Virus record (IMG/VR): IMGVR_UViG_3300031993_000008
Span: 32,001 to 96,000 of that record
DNA from: a virus
Lineage: Duplodnaviria; Caudoviricetes
DNA: 64,000 nt
Strand: one strand, 5' to 3'
The position numbers and the translations under genes were made by a program. Positions within the stretch are counted from its first letter, which is position 1, and each line of letters opens with the position of its first letter. The notes below the pieces were generated by a model. It did not search any database. It saw nothing but the letters and a program-made list of their open reading frames with translations, and was not told the DNA's origin. Positions 49,013 to 57,744 of this stretch are shown one piece after another.

Positions 49013-49552
49013 ATGAAGAAATTAAGTAAAATAGATGAGTCAGTCTGGGGTGGTATCCTTGATAGGGGAACCGGTGAAAAGGTAAAGAAAGAGGATAACT
49101 TGGGCAATATCTTATCACTCAAACCTATTGATATGGGTGGTTCTGTCCTCTGGGCAGACCAGAACCTGATATATGATGGAGAAGAGATATTCACATATGA
49201 TGAGGCAAATGACCTCATATCCCATTCAGAATGGAGACTTCCAACATTAAAGGAGGTTGCTGAACTATATGGACATAACTTATACTATGATTCAAAATAT
49301 ATATACCTTGATGATCCCAAAAAAATATCATTCAAGAAATGTGGTTGTGGATATCCTAAAGATATTATAATTGATAATGGTAAATGTTTTTATGGATGGA
49401 CATCTGAACCATATGTAAAAAATCCAAGAAATATCAATGTATTTGTCATAGACCATTATACAGTAGATTATACAGGAATTGAACCAGCAAGTATCCCTGT
49501 TACCCAAGATAGAGACACCAGATGTTGTATAAGACTGGTCAGAGACAAATAA
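49013..49552 (+). CDS. WGGILDRG-tag family protein 6 with DUF1566/Fib_succ_major-like domain
   Basis: Tag then IDMG..LWADQNL..WRLPTLKE..GWTS..IRLVRD. Confidence 0.7.
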   Translation: MKKLSKIDESVWGGILDRGTGEKVKKEDNLGNILSLKPIDMGGSVLWADQNLIYDGEEIFTYDEANDLISHSEWRLPTLKEVAELYGHNLYYDSKYIYLDDPKKISFKKCGCGYPKDIIIDNGKCFYGWTSEPYVKNPRNINVFVIDHYTVDYTGIEPASIPVTQDRDTRCCIRLVRDK

Positions 49553-49580
49553 AAAAGAGAGGACAAAATCCTCTCTTTTT
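49551..49580. terminator. Bidirectional terminator
   Basis: aaaaagagagga-caaaa-tcctctcttttt. Confidence 0.8.
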
Positions 49581-49609
49581 CCTTTCAAATGTTTAATCTA
49601 AATATTTTT

Positions 49610-50467
49610 TTATGCAAAACGAACAGGAGTCAGAACTACATAAGTCTTGGTACCCTTTGCATCCACAGAGATGAACTTAATCTTGTTGCTGTGGAACTCA
49701 ATGTCATAATGTTCATCTGAATCAATCCAGACAAAGTATGACTTGTTGAAACAGTGGAGATAAGGTTCATCAGTCTTATTTTCACCATCTTCATAAGAAA
49801 GCTTCTTAGTGTAGAGTTTGTCAAATGCATTGAACTCCTCAATAAGACCATCCTCCAGGAATTTATTGACTGTCTCACGGACATTCTCATCAGTACTCTC
49901 AATCTCTGATACCAGTACAGTCTCACCACTGATTGAGAAGAATACTCTGCAAGACTCCTTGTTAAGAGCAAAGAGTTGAGACAGATACTTAAACTCATTC
50001 TCTGAAATACCAACCTTATATTCAAGAGTTGAATTATCCTCAAAGATACTCTGACGGGCATGGTCAGGAATTTCAAGGAATGCAAGTGCTTCCTTATCAG
50101 CAGCAGGGACAGTGAGGTTTACCTCATCATTAGCAACAATGACCTTCTTTGCATAACCATTGTCCTCAATAAAGAAGGTAACATCCACACCCTCTGTACC
50201 AACAAGACCAAGTACAGAAACCAACTTACCGGCATTACTGAACTGAATCTTTACAAGATCATCCCCACACTCATTGGTGAAACTCTCACAGTAGTTGTTG
50301 AGGTCAGCGGTGATAGACTTCAATGCAGACTTGTTCTTATTATAAGCAGTTGACTCGAACCTGTCTCCCTGGACATTTATAAAAATCATATTGTCCAATG
50401 AGGCACTTCTCTTGATGAGAGTATTAAACTCCTTTACATCACAATTCTTTAAAACGATTTTCTTCAT
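49610..50467 (-). CDS. Probable DNA polymerase sliding clamp (gp45/PCNA-like)
   Basis: Size, acidic alpha/beta pattern, C-terminal TYVVLTP, middle promoter, near the polymerase; no diagnostic motif. Confidence 0.55.
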   Translation of the reverse strand: MKKIVLKNCDVKEFNTLIKRSASLDNMIFINVQGDRFESTAYNKNKSALKSITADLNNYCESFTNECGDDLVKIQFSNAGKLVSVLGLVGTEGVDVTFFIEDNGYAKKVIVANDEVNLTVPAADKEALAFLEIPDHARQSIFEDNSTLEYKVGISENEFKYLSQLFALNKESCRVFFSISGETVLVSEIESTDENVRETVNKFLEDGLIEEFNAFDKLYTKKLSYEDGENKTDEPYLHCFNKSYFVWIDSDEHYDIEFHSNKIKFISVDAKGTKTYVVLTPVRFA

Positions 50468-50502
50468 ACTATTGTTTAACTATTAGAATATTTTCTGTAC
50501 AT

Positions 50503-50514
50503 TAAATATAACAA
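50503..50514 (-). promoter_or_regulatory. Putative middle promoter TTGTTATATTTA
   Basis: Exact 12-mer. Confidence 0.65.
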
Positions 50515-50521
50515 ATAATTC

Positions 50522-51292
50522 TCAAAACAGAGCAATTTCTTCAGGTTGTCCATCAAATCTTTCTGTTTCACCCTTATCCCAATCCATCACCTTTGCCGGA
50601 ATCTCTGAATATGGGATACACATTGTAACACCATCCATCTGATATATGTTATAGGAAATCACATTGGCAATCTCTTTTATCATATCAAAAGGAATCTCTC
50701 CCTTGAACTTGTCTTCATACCAGTCAATAACATCATACAATATGTTCTCCCTGGCAAGCAGAAGTGAATCACCCTGCCACTCATACCCATATGTTGACTT
50801 GATTGCCTCATACATCTGTTCAGTCCAGAAGTATCTGTCATCTAAATCTTTGAGACCTTCATTGATTCTCCTCATCTTCCTGTCAAGAAGTCCCTGTCTT
50901 TCAGAGAGGGAAATCATCTTTCCTGTTGATACATCATACCTGGATACCAGATATGGTGCCTCACCACAGGTCACCTCAAGAACCTTCCTTCTTATATATG
51001 CCCTGTTGTTTCCTTCAAACCTGTCATCCACAGAATCATTCATCTTCTTGATGATTTCAATTGGAGTATAAACCTCAGCCTTGGAATCAGTCCTGGACTT
51101 CTGGTCATCCAATGACTTCAGGACTCTAGGTTTGATGACATCACCTGATATTATCTGTTCTACCTGGATGGAAGACTTTGGATCATATCCATACTGGTCA
51201 GTACCCCAGAGAATGTTGTTCCCTGTTGTCCTGTCCATAAGGAGTATCTCCAGAATCTCCCTCGGTATTTCAAACTCTTTGATATCTATCAT
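50522..51292 (-). CDS. N6-adenine methyltransferase-like protein (SAM-binding half; no NPPY)
   Basis: AEVYTP, LEVTCGEAPYL, YGYEWQGDSLLLAR, NIYQMDG. Confidence 0.7.
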   Translation of the reverse strand: MIDIKEFEIPREILEILLMDRTTGNNILWGTDQYGYDPKSSIQVEQIISGDVIKPRVLKSLDDQKSRTDSKAEVYTPIEIIKKMNDSVDDRFEGNNRAYIRRKVLEVTCGEAPYLVSRYDVSTGKMISLSERQGLLDRKMRRINEGLKDLDDRYFWTEQMYEAIKSTYGYEWQGDSLLLARENILYDVIDWYEDKFKGEIPFDMIKEIANVISYNIYQMDGVTMCIPYSEIPAKVMDWDKGETERFDGQPEEIALF

Positions 51293-51313
51293 TTTACCAA
51301 AAATAACAAATTA

Positions 51314-54247
51314 TTACCACAATCCCTTGGCATATGTCATAGAAATGTCTATTGGCTGGAATCCCATAGCTTCAACAATTCTGTTGACCGGACTCAGAAT
51401 AAGGAGGTCAAACATCTTGTTTTTGTCAATCTCCAGGTTGGCGGCCATATCCATTGGGTACATACCTGCTGGATAACTGAATGCTTCACATCTGTTGAGA
51501 CTCATAATGTCTGTATAGACCTCAATATTACCCTTTCTTGTTTCCTTTGCATTACTTACAAGTTTGTATGCTTCAGGGTTCTTTGCATAATCTGATACAG
51601 GAATCTGCATCTCCTTCTTCCAGTACATATACCTCTGTGAAGGTTTCACATAAAGAACACAAAGTTTATCAGCATCAAAGAGTGTGCTGTATCTCTTCTT
51701 GAACTTCTCATTGTTGTTGAGAATGTAGTTGTAGAGTGCTGCACCCTGGACTGTAATCATACTCTTTGGCTGGAGTTCAATTTCACCAGTATCACTCAAT
51801 ACATACTCACTGTACTTATTCATAGCCTTGTTGACACTGATGGTTTCAGGACTCTGAAGCATAAACTGTTTCTTCAATGGTTCCAGTTTCTTGTCAATGA
51901 AGTTTTCAAGTACGAAATTCTCCTGCTGGAATATCCACTTAACCAGGTCTGTAAGCTGATCCTTAACCCACTGTGATGAACTGGTCTGTGCAATCTCAAC
52001 ACCAGTTGCCTTAATTTTGGCACAAGAATCATAATAAACATTAGGTTCTGCCCATGTCATATTCTTGATGTACTTCTTCTTTGCCAACCAGATACATGCC
52101 TCATTGTATGCTTCAAGCTCAAAGTCAAGGAGTGCAGGAGTACCATTCTTGGCAGCATAGTCCTCATGTATCTTCTTCAGATAGTTGGACATAAACACTC
52201 TGTTGATTGTCAGACAGAACTCTCTACCTGACGGTTCAATGGTGTCAATGTGCCAGTCATACTTGTTTGTGTCAATCGAATCAACATCAAAGTATTTCTT
52301 TGCATCATCCTCTGTTGGATAACCACCTGTTGACACATACATAAACTCCTTCTGGTCATTCTGTTTGTTTATCTTGGTCAGTCTCCATACATCATGCTGG
52401 AACCAGTCTGTAACATTGATGATGTCCTCATAGCAGGTATAGATTGAGTCAGTGTCAATATACCTGGTGATAGGTTTGATATCCTTGTTTGGATCCAGGA
52501 TCTTGATACCCATAGCAAGGTGTGTCTTGGTATCCTTCTGCCAAATCTTGTTTGCCCAGAGGTTGATAAGTCTCTCTGCATTAAGGATGGCATTCTTACC
52601 CTGCTTTGTAACAGCCTCCGCAATTGTAGGATTGTAGAAGTAGAATCCGGAGAATCCGAATGCACCATAGATACCATTGATGACCACCTTTGTACCAAGC
52701 TGGAAGTTGTTGTAGATGTCTGCCTGTACCTGGCAGTATGCCATAATCTCATCAACCTCACTTGCCTTTCTACCGGCAAAGTCATTCTTATTCAGATAAT
52801 CCTCTATCTCCTCTGCTGATGCATTGTCATGTTTGAGGTCTTTCAGGTCATAATAAATCTGTGTGAACTTGAAAGATGTCTTCTTATATGCCTTTCTCTT
52901 GAAGTAAAGGTCTGTGATAATCTTCTTGAGGTGACCATCCTCTTTCTGGAAGACAGCACCTGATGCACACACAATATAACCCTTGTCTCTCCACTGCTGT
53001 TTGAGTACCTCATCATTTTCAGGAAGAAGTGTAACAAGTGTTTCAGGACCTATGTTGAACTGTCTCATCAATGTAGGATACAGTGATGCATAGTCATTAC
53101 AGGTACAATATCTCCAAAGACCTGGGATAGGCTGCTTTACGAATGCACCCTCATACTTCTCACCCTCTGTCTTTTTCTTGAATGGGTCGATACCCAATAC
53201 CTTTCCATCATTATGGAATGAAGATCTCAACAGATTCTCCGGAATATAAGTAGTTGAGAAACAATCCATTGCCTTAATCCTACCCAACCAAGCAGTTGTC
53301 AGACCACAGGTCAAAGCATTACATGCCTCATGGATAAGTTTTACCAGGCAGCAGTCAATGGCATTATAATACACATACTTCTCAAAGTTATTATGAAGCA
53401 TGTCATCCAATGATTCAGCATGCTGAACCTTCTTGATTTTACACAACTTTTCTCCAATTGTGTCCAACCTATAATTCTCATTGGAGTTCCATGTCCATTT
53501 CTTATATGCCTTGAGATAGTCAATGATACCGACATGTGCAGGTCTATCAACCGGACCTGTAAGTATTCTGCCGGGGGAAGCAAGTGATGGATCAATACCC
53601 AACATCTTTGCTCTATTATAAAGGTATCTCCAGTCATAATCCTCAAAGTTCCATCCTGTCATCATTGCCATCTTTGGGATGAATGATGAGAAGAAGAAAT
53701 ACAACAAGTCATATTCAGTGGCAAAATACTTGAACACAAACTTGAAGTGTCTGTTCACCTGCTTGAAGTGTTCATCAATTCTCTCCTGAATATTACTCTG
53801 TTCTTTTTCTGTAAGATTATGACCTCCAGACAGTACCATCACAGTGTCATTAGGACAACATACACCTATGACCGTAACTGGCTTGTCCGGTTTTTCAGGA
53901 TTGGGTTTACCCTCCTGCAATTCATTTTCAATATCAATAAAGAATAAATCTGGGAGATTGTAAGAGAAGATTCTCTCTTTCAACTCTTCAGGCTGTGCAT
54001 CCAGGATTTCATACTGCCTGTACCTGTTGAGTTTTTCCTTCTGTGGATCCACCCTGTGTTTGTAAACTGGTCTTCCGTTCCAGTTATGGGTGTTCTTGAC
54101 TTTTAAGTCTGTCTTGTCTTTTGGATTTGTGAGCCATACATACTGCTCATCATCAGGAATTTTAATGATCTCAATGTGAGTCTTTCCATCCGCTCCCCAG
54201 TAAGACACCTGGAGATTGTTTCTGTCTTGTAATATGTCCAATAACAT
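51314..54247 (-). CDS. Family B DNA polymerase (gp43-like)
   Basis: FIDIE, TGWN..YD, YNAID exonuclease motifs; DYASLYP, K..INGIYG, YIDTDS, KKKY. Confidence 0.95.
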   Translation of the reverse strand: MLLDILQDRNNLQVSYWGADGKTHIEIIKIPDDEQYVWLTNPKDKTDLKVKNTHNWNGRPVYKHRVDPQKEKLNRYRQYEILDAQPEELKERIFSYNLPDLFFIDIENELQEGKPNPEKPDKPVTVIGVCCPNDTVMVLSGGHNLTEKEQSNIQERIDEHFKQVNRHFKFVFKYFATEYDLLYFFFSSFIPKMAMMTGWNFEDYDWRYLYNRAKMLGIDPSLASPGRILTGPVDRPAHVGIIDYLKAYKKWTWNSNENYRLDTIGEKLCKIKKVQHAESLDDMLHNNFEKYVYYNAIDCCLVKLIHEACNALTCGLTTAWLGRIKAMDCFSTTYIPENLLRSSFHNDGKVLGIDPFKKKTEGEKYEGAFVKQPIPGLWRYCTCNDYASLYPTLMRQFNIGPETLVTLLPENDEVLKQQWRDKGYIVCASGAVFQKEDGHLKKIITDLYFKRKAYKKTSFKFTQIYYDLKDLKHDNASAEEIEDYLNKNDFAGRKASEVDEIMAYCQVQADIYNNFQLGTKVVINGIYGAFGFSGFYFYNPTIAEAVTKQGKNAILNAERLINLWANKIWQKDTKTHLAMGIKILDPNKDIKPITRYIDTDSIYTCYEDIINVTDWFQHDVWRLTKINKQNDQKEFMYVSTGGYPTEDDAKKYFDVDSIDTNKYDWHIDTIEPSGREFCLTINRVFMSNYLKKIHEDYAAKNGTPALLDFELEAYNEACIWLAKKKYIKNMTWAEPNVYYDSCAKIKATGVEIAQTSSSQWVKDQLTDLVKWIFQQENFVLENFIDKKLEPLKKQFMLQSPETISVNKAMNKYSEYVLSDTGEIELQPKSMITVQGAALYNYILNNNEKFKKRYSTLFDADKLCVLYVKPSQRYMYWKKEMQIPVSDYAKNPEAYKLVSNAKETRKGNIEVYTDIMSLNRCEAFSYPAGMYPMDMAANLEIDKNKMFDLLILSPVNRIVEAMGFQPIDISMTYAKGLW

Positions 54248-54299
54248 TGTTAAACTAAATTTTAATTGATTACTTTAGAAGGTAACCTTCATCCAAGAC

Positions 54300-54311
54300 T
54301 AAATATAACAA
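54300..54311 (-). promoter_or_regulatory. Putative middle promoter TTGTTATATTTA (polymerase)
   Basis: Exact 12-mer. Confidence 0.65.
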
Positions 54312-54326
54312 AAATGAGATGAAGAC

Positions 54327-55262
54327 TTAACCCATCTCATTCAATTTATTTTTAATTGTGTTTATTGTATCTTTCAAATCATTTGAAAATATCTCTAAAT
54401 AATTTAGATTGTTTTCTTTTGCAGTTAACCTTTTATGAACATCTCTGTTTGTCCAAATGTCTATTGCCATTTTATAGAACTTACTTATTTTGGATTTTTC
54501 ACTCCATAATTCTAACTTATTTATATCATCAACATTTGTTTCATCAAAAGGATGTTTACCATGTGTCCAGGTACCTTGAATTTCAATATATAAATCATAA
54601 TCAGGTAAATAAAAGTCACATTTAAATGGATATTGTTCAGACATATATTGATATATATACTTATATCCTTGTTCTTCTAACCAATTTGAAACTTCAATCT
54701 CTATTCTTGATGTATGAAATGTATTGTTTCTTCTTTTTGTTTCACATTCTCTATGTTTCCATTCTTTTGTTTGAGAATAACTAATCCTCCCAAACCTGTC
54801 TAAACAGGTTTGCTCTTTTTTATTTCTCCACTCTTCTGTTTGTGAATAACTAACTTTACCATATCTATCCAAACAAGTTTGTGTATGTTTTTCTTTACAT
54901 AACTCACTTTGTGATGGATATTTTGTACCAAATCTTCTAAAAGAAGTTGATATAAACTTATTCATTACAGTATCATCTGAATGTGTACATTTTTGAGAAC
55001 AATGTTTTTGATACCCAAATGAAAATGAACGAAATGTACATCTATTTCCACATTCACATTTTCCAAGGTTTAACTCTCTATCATTATTAAAATAGTGATA
55101 AAGTTTTTGTGACCAAGAAAATCCTTCTGGAAAAGACCATTTTAGAATATCATTATAAATGTAAGGAAAATGAATTTTGAACTTTGGTTCTTGAATATAT
55201 GCCAGTGGTTTACTTTTAAGAATAGCATATACTTCATCTTTTGAAAAGATATATGTTTCCAT
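54327..55262 (-). CDS. Free-standing endonuclease (Zn-ribbon + repeats + PD-(D/E)XK/Vsr-like), probable homing endonuclease
   Basis: CECG..HCSQKC, three T[CS]xxR[YF]G..Y.SQ repeats, CDFYL..LYIEIQG.WTHG; visibly more AT-rich. Confidence 0.65.
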   Translation of the reverse strand: METYIFSKDEVYAILKSKPLAYIQEPKFKIHFPYIYNDILKWSFPEGFSWSQKLYHYFNNDRELNLGKCECGNRCTFRSFSFGYQKHCSQKCTHSDDTVMNKFISTSFRRFGTKYPSQSELCKEKHTQTCLDRYGKVSYSQTEEWRNKKEQTCLDRFGRISYSQTKEWKHRECETKRRNNTFHTSRIEIEVSNWLEEQGYKYIYQYMSEQYPFKCDFYLPDYDLYIEIQGTWTHGKHPFDETNVDDINKLELWSEKSKISKFYKMAIDIWTNRDVHKRLTAKENNLNYLEIFSNDLKDTINTIKNKLNEMG

Positions 55263-55285
55263 AAATATTATTGAGTTTATATTCA

Positions 55286-55344
55286 AAAGAGGATTTCTGT
55301 AGTTTACCAGACTACATTAAAGAAGTCCTCTTTATATATTTATG
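55286..55344 (-). promoter_or_regulatory. Late promoter (55337-55344) followed by a bulged leader hairpin
   Basis: Minus strand: aaagaggacttct-ttaa-tgtagt-ctggtaa-actaca-gaaatcctcttt. Confidence 0.5.
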
Positions 55345-55397
55345 GTTTTTTAAATATTTTGTTATTTTTATTGTATAAAAAATGAACTCTAACTAAA

Positions 55398-55982
55398 ATG
55401 ATCAATAAGAATGATGATGTAGATTTTGATGATTATCCAATTGATGATGAAGAAGACATCGCAGTAGATAAAAGAGACTTCCTTGATGAGAATGGAGTAA
55501 ACATCTTCACAAAGAAATCCGGTGAGAAGACGGTGGAGGAAAGAATCAAAACATCCAGGACACTAAAGATCAAGAACAACAAGTGGAACCAGGTTGATTA
55601 CACAGATGAATACTCTACTGAAAAAATCACAATTGACCCCCAGAGTTGTCAATACACCTCTTCATATGAGGATGTTGAGTTTGAAAAGGCATTCCACAAA
55701 ATAATTGAGGACTCCAAATACAAGGAACTCCTCCTTGGTGAAGACAATGTCTCTATAAACTACCAGACAGTAAATGACATAATAATTTACTGTTACCCCA
55801 AGATGAAGCAGGATTATACAATGGCACAACTCTTTGTACTTGTATGTGAATATTGCGGTATAGGTCTTCAGGCAATGTGGAAAAGATTGAGTACTTATCT
55901 CCAGATACAGATTCTGGAAGACCTGAAAGAGGTGAGTAAGTTACCAAATGAGATTCTTAATAATAATGTAAAACTATTTTAA
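55398..55982 (+). CDS. Hypothetical protein
   Basis: 194-aa ORF preceded by TTGTTATTTTTA variant at 55359-55370. Confidence 0.7.
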   Translation: MINKNDDVDFDDYPIDDEEDIAVDKRDFLDENGVNIFTKKSGEKTVEERIKTSRTLKIKNNKWNQVDYTDEYSTEKITIDPQSCQYTSSYEDVEFEKAFHKIIEDSKYKELLLGEDNVSINYQTVNDIIIYCYPKMKQDYTMAQLFVLVCEYCGIGLQAMWKRLSTYLQIQILEDLKEVSKLPNEILNNNVKLF

Positions 55983-55985
55983 ATT

Positions 55986-56219
55986 ATGGCAAACGACGTA
56001 GAAGTTAATTATTTTGAGGTTACAGTAAAACTTCAGAAAGAGACTGATAAGACTGACAGGGCAGGAAATCCAAAGATCAAGAAATGGAATGAGAAGTGGT
56101 TGGTACATGCAAAGACCACAGAGGAAGCCAACAGAATTATCAAGGAAGAATATGATGGTTCTATGGAAGAGTGGAGAATAGCAAATGTAAAGGAGACCCA
56201 AATCATAGGTGTTAAATAA
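55986..56219 (+). CDS. DUF4494-like small protein
   Basis: YFEVTV...G..KIKK..EKWLV.A..TEEA...I.EE pattern of a Bacteroidota family. Confidence 0.55.
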   Translation: MANDVEVNYFEVTVKLQKETDKTDRAGNPKIKKWNEKWLVHAKTTEEANRIIKEEYDGSMEEWRIANVKETQIIGVK

Positions 56220-56246
56220 ATTGTTATTGTTTTTGTTTGTTTTTTG

Positions 56247-56286
56247 AAGGTGAGGTTGTTTCAACCCCACCTTTTTTTCATAAATA
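56247..56286 (+). promoter_or_regulatory. Terminator plus late promoter CATAAATA (56279-56286)
   Basis: aaggtgaggttg-ttt-caaccccacctt-ttttt-CATAAATA. Confidence 0.65.
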
Positions 56287-56314
56287 CCTTATATTATGTA
56301 CATATATAGACAGT

Positions 56315-56797
56315 ATGAACAATATAAAGACTTTCACAGAATTTCTCCTTGAAGTAAAATCTGATAAGGACATTGTAAAGGATTTGGCAAGACACCTTTC
56401 ATTTGATAAGGATATTATCAAATATCTTAACACATCCAGATCTAAACGTGAGATAGGTTGGAGAGAAATGCTGGATACCAAACTTCATGGTAAGAATAAG
56501 TTCTACATCAACTATATCACAAAGAATATGGTTGCTGACTATAACCCACAAATTACAGGTTATATCCACATCAATGATGATCCTGATGAGGAAGACTTTG
56601 ATGATAAGGAACATGATGAAAGAGGATTTGCAGATATGAGTCCGGAGGAACAGATTGCAGACCTCAATGACAGAGTTACTGATGTTGAAGGACTTCTCGG
56701 TATTGACCCAGATGATGACAAGAGTCTTGACAGGGTTGAGAAGGCACTTGATGATGCAGGTTATGAAAGACCTGATATTGAAGGAGAGGAAGAATAA
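56315..56797 (+). CDS. Putative internal head protein with T4-like capsid-targeting sequence
   Basis: Start MNNIKTFTEFLLE; acidic C-terminus EGEEE. Confidence 0.65.
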   Translation: MNNIKTFTEFLLEVKSDKDIVKDLARHLSFDKDIIKYLNTSRSKREIGWREMLDTKLHGKNKFYINYITKNMVADYNPQITGYIHINDDPDEEDFDDKEHDERGFADMSPEEQIADLNDRVTDVEGLLGIDPDDDKSLDRVEKALDDAGYERPDIEGEEE

Positions 56798-57705
56798 TGA
56801 GTGAGTATAATCAGAAATACAACAAGGATGATGTTTTCATCAGGAGTATGATAGTATGTCTTCTTGCAGAAATGAATAAGAAGATGTACATCTATAACCG
56901 TCTTGATGATGGAAAGGTCCAGAAAGTCAATGTTCCTTGTTTATACTCCATAACCGGTCAGGAAAGATTCCTCAAAGATGAGTTTTATTATGATGCCCTG
57001 GAAGAGGGTAAGGCATATGGTGACTATGAGAAAGTCCCAAGATGTATGGTCAATCTCACATCATTTGGTGTAAACACAGCAGAACAGACCAACAAGTATA
57101 ACAGGACAAAGATTGTAAGGGAGAGTCAGGGTGTATTGAGAACCCTTTATCTCAATGTTGAATGGATTCCTGTCACACTTTCCTTTGATTGTAAAGTCAT
57201 ATGTGCAAACAACATTGAACTCTTCAAAATCACAGAGATGATTGTATCCAAGATTTACAAGAACCCCAACTACTTCAAGGTTGATTATGGTATGTTCAAT
57301 GTGGATGCATGTCTTTCTGTTCCCGCAGATTATAACCATGAACTCCCCCAGGAATTCGGATTGAATGAAAAGAAGGAATTTTCAACATCATTCAGTGTTG
57401 AAATGAAGACCTTCATTCCTGCATTTGAACATGGTCTTCTCCTTTGTGAGATAGATGAACTTCTCCTTGAAGTACCAAAGGATGCAAAGGGTATCCTCGA
57501 ATACAGACCTGATGAATTCGGTACATTCGGATTGAGGGCAGGAGGTGTTATGGAAGAGATTGCAGAGTCAGTTTATGTCCATCATACAGAAGAACCGACA
57601 CTCAAATCAAACACACATCAGGTACCAATGAAAGTAAGATCATTGGATGATTTGCAGAAAAAGGATTTGAATGAGGATTTAATCCAACGTAAGATTGTCA
57701 AATAA
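56797..57705 (+). CDS. Tail terminator/sheath stabiliser (T4 gp15-like)
   Basis: VNVPCLY...ERFL, VPRCMVNLTS, PVTLSFD..I..ELFKITEMI pattern. Confidence 0.65.
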   Translation: MSEYNQKYNKDDVFIRSMIVCLLAEMNKKMYIYNRLDDGKVQKVNVPCLYSITGQERFLKDEFYYDALEEGKAYGDYEKVPRCMVNLTSFGVNTAEQTNKYNRTKIVRESQGVLRTLYLNVEWIPVTLSFDCKVICANNIELFKITEMIVSKIYKNPNYFKVDYGMFNVDACLSVPADYNHELPQEFGLNEKKEFSTSFSVEMKTFIPAFEHGLLLCEIDELLLEVPKDAKGILEYRPDEFGTFGLRAGGVMEEIAESVYVHHTEEPTLKSNTHQVPMKVRSLDDLQKKDLNEDLIQRKIVK

Positions 57706-57706
57706 C

Positions 57707-57714
57707 CATAAATA
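57707..57714 (+). promoter_or_regulatory. Putative late promoter CATAAATA
   Basis: Exact octamer. Confidence 0.65.
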
Positions 57715-57744
57715 TAGAGTATTATAATCTTAATTTGAAGTAGA

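Larger units (their letters stand above)
44451..49096 (+). repeat. Dispersed ~80-nt coding repeat (atgaagaaattaagtaaaatagatgaRtcNNNNtgggg...gaYagRgg)
   Basis: Copies start at 44451, 45221, 45987, 47608, 48180 and 49013, with a partial at 46485; four more on the minus strand at about 41269, 40828, 40477 and 39973. Confidence 0.85.

Noticed and set aside
44451-49100. CRISPR array or integron attC sites from the recurring DNA repeat
   Set aside because: Repeats are in-frame coding, vary at synonymous positions, are hundreds of nt apart and are not palindromic; no cas gene or integrase seen
47608-49552. Diversity-generating retroelement
   Set aside because: No reverse transcriptase or template/variable repeat pair visible in this window
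51314-54247. Intein or intron in polymerase (also checked helicase and UvsX)
   Set aside because: ORFs are continuous; insertions are short and lack intein C...HN or LAGLIDADG motifs
55260-55267. CATAAATA on the + strand
   Set aside because: Coincides with the reverse complement of the endonuclease start region; likely incidental
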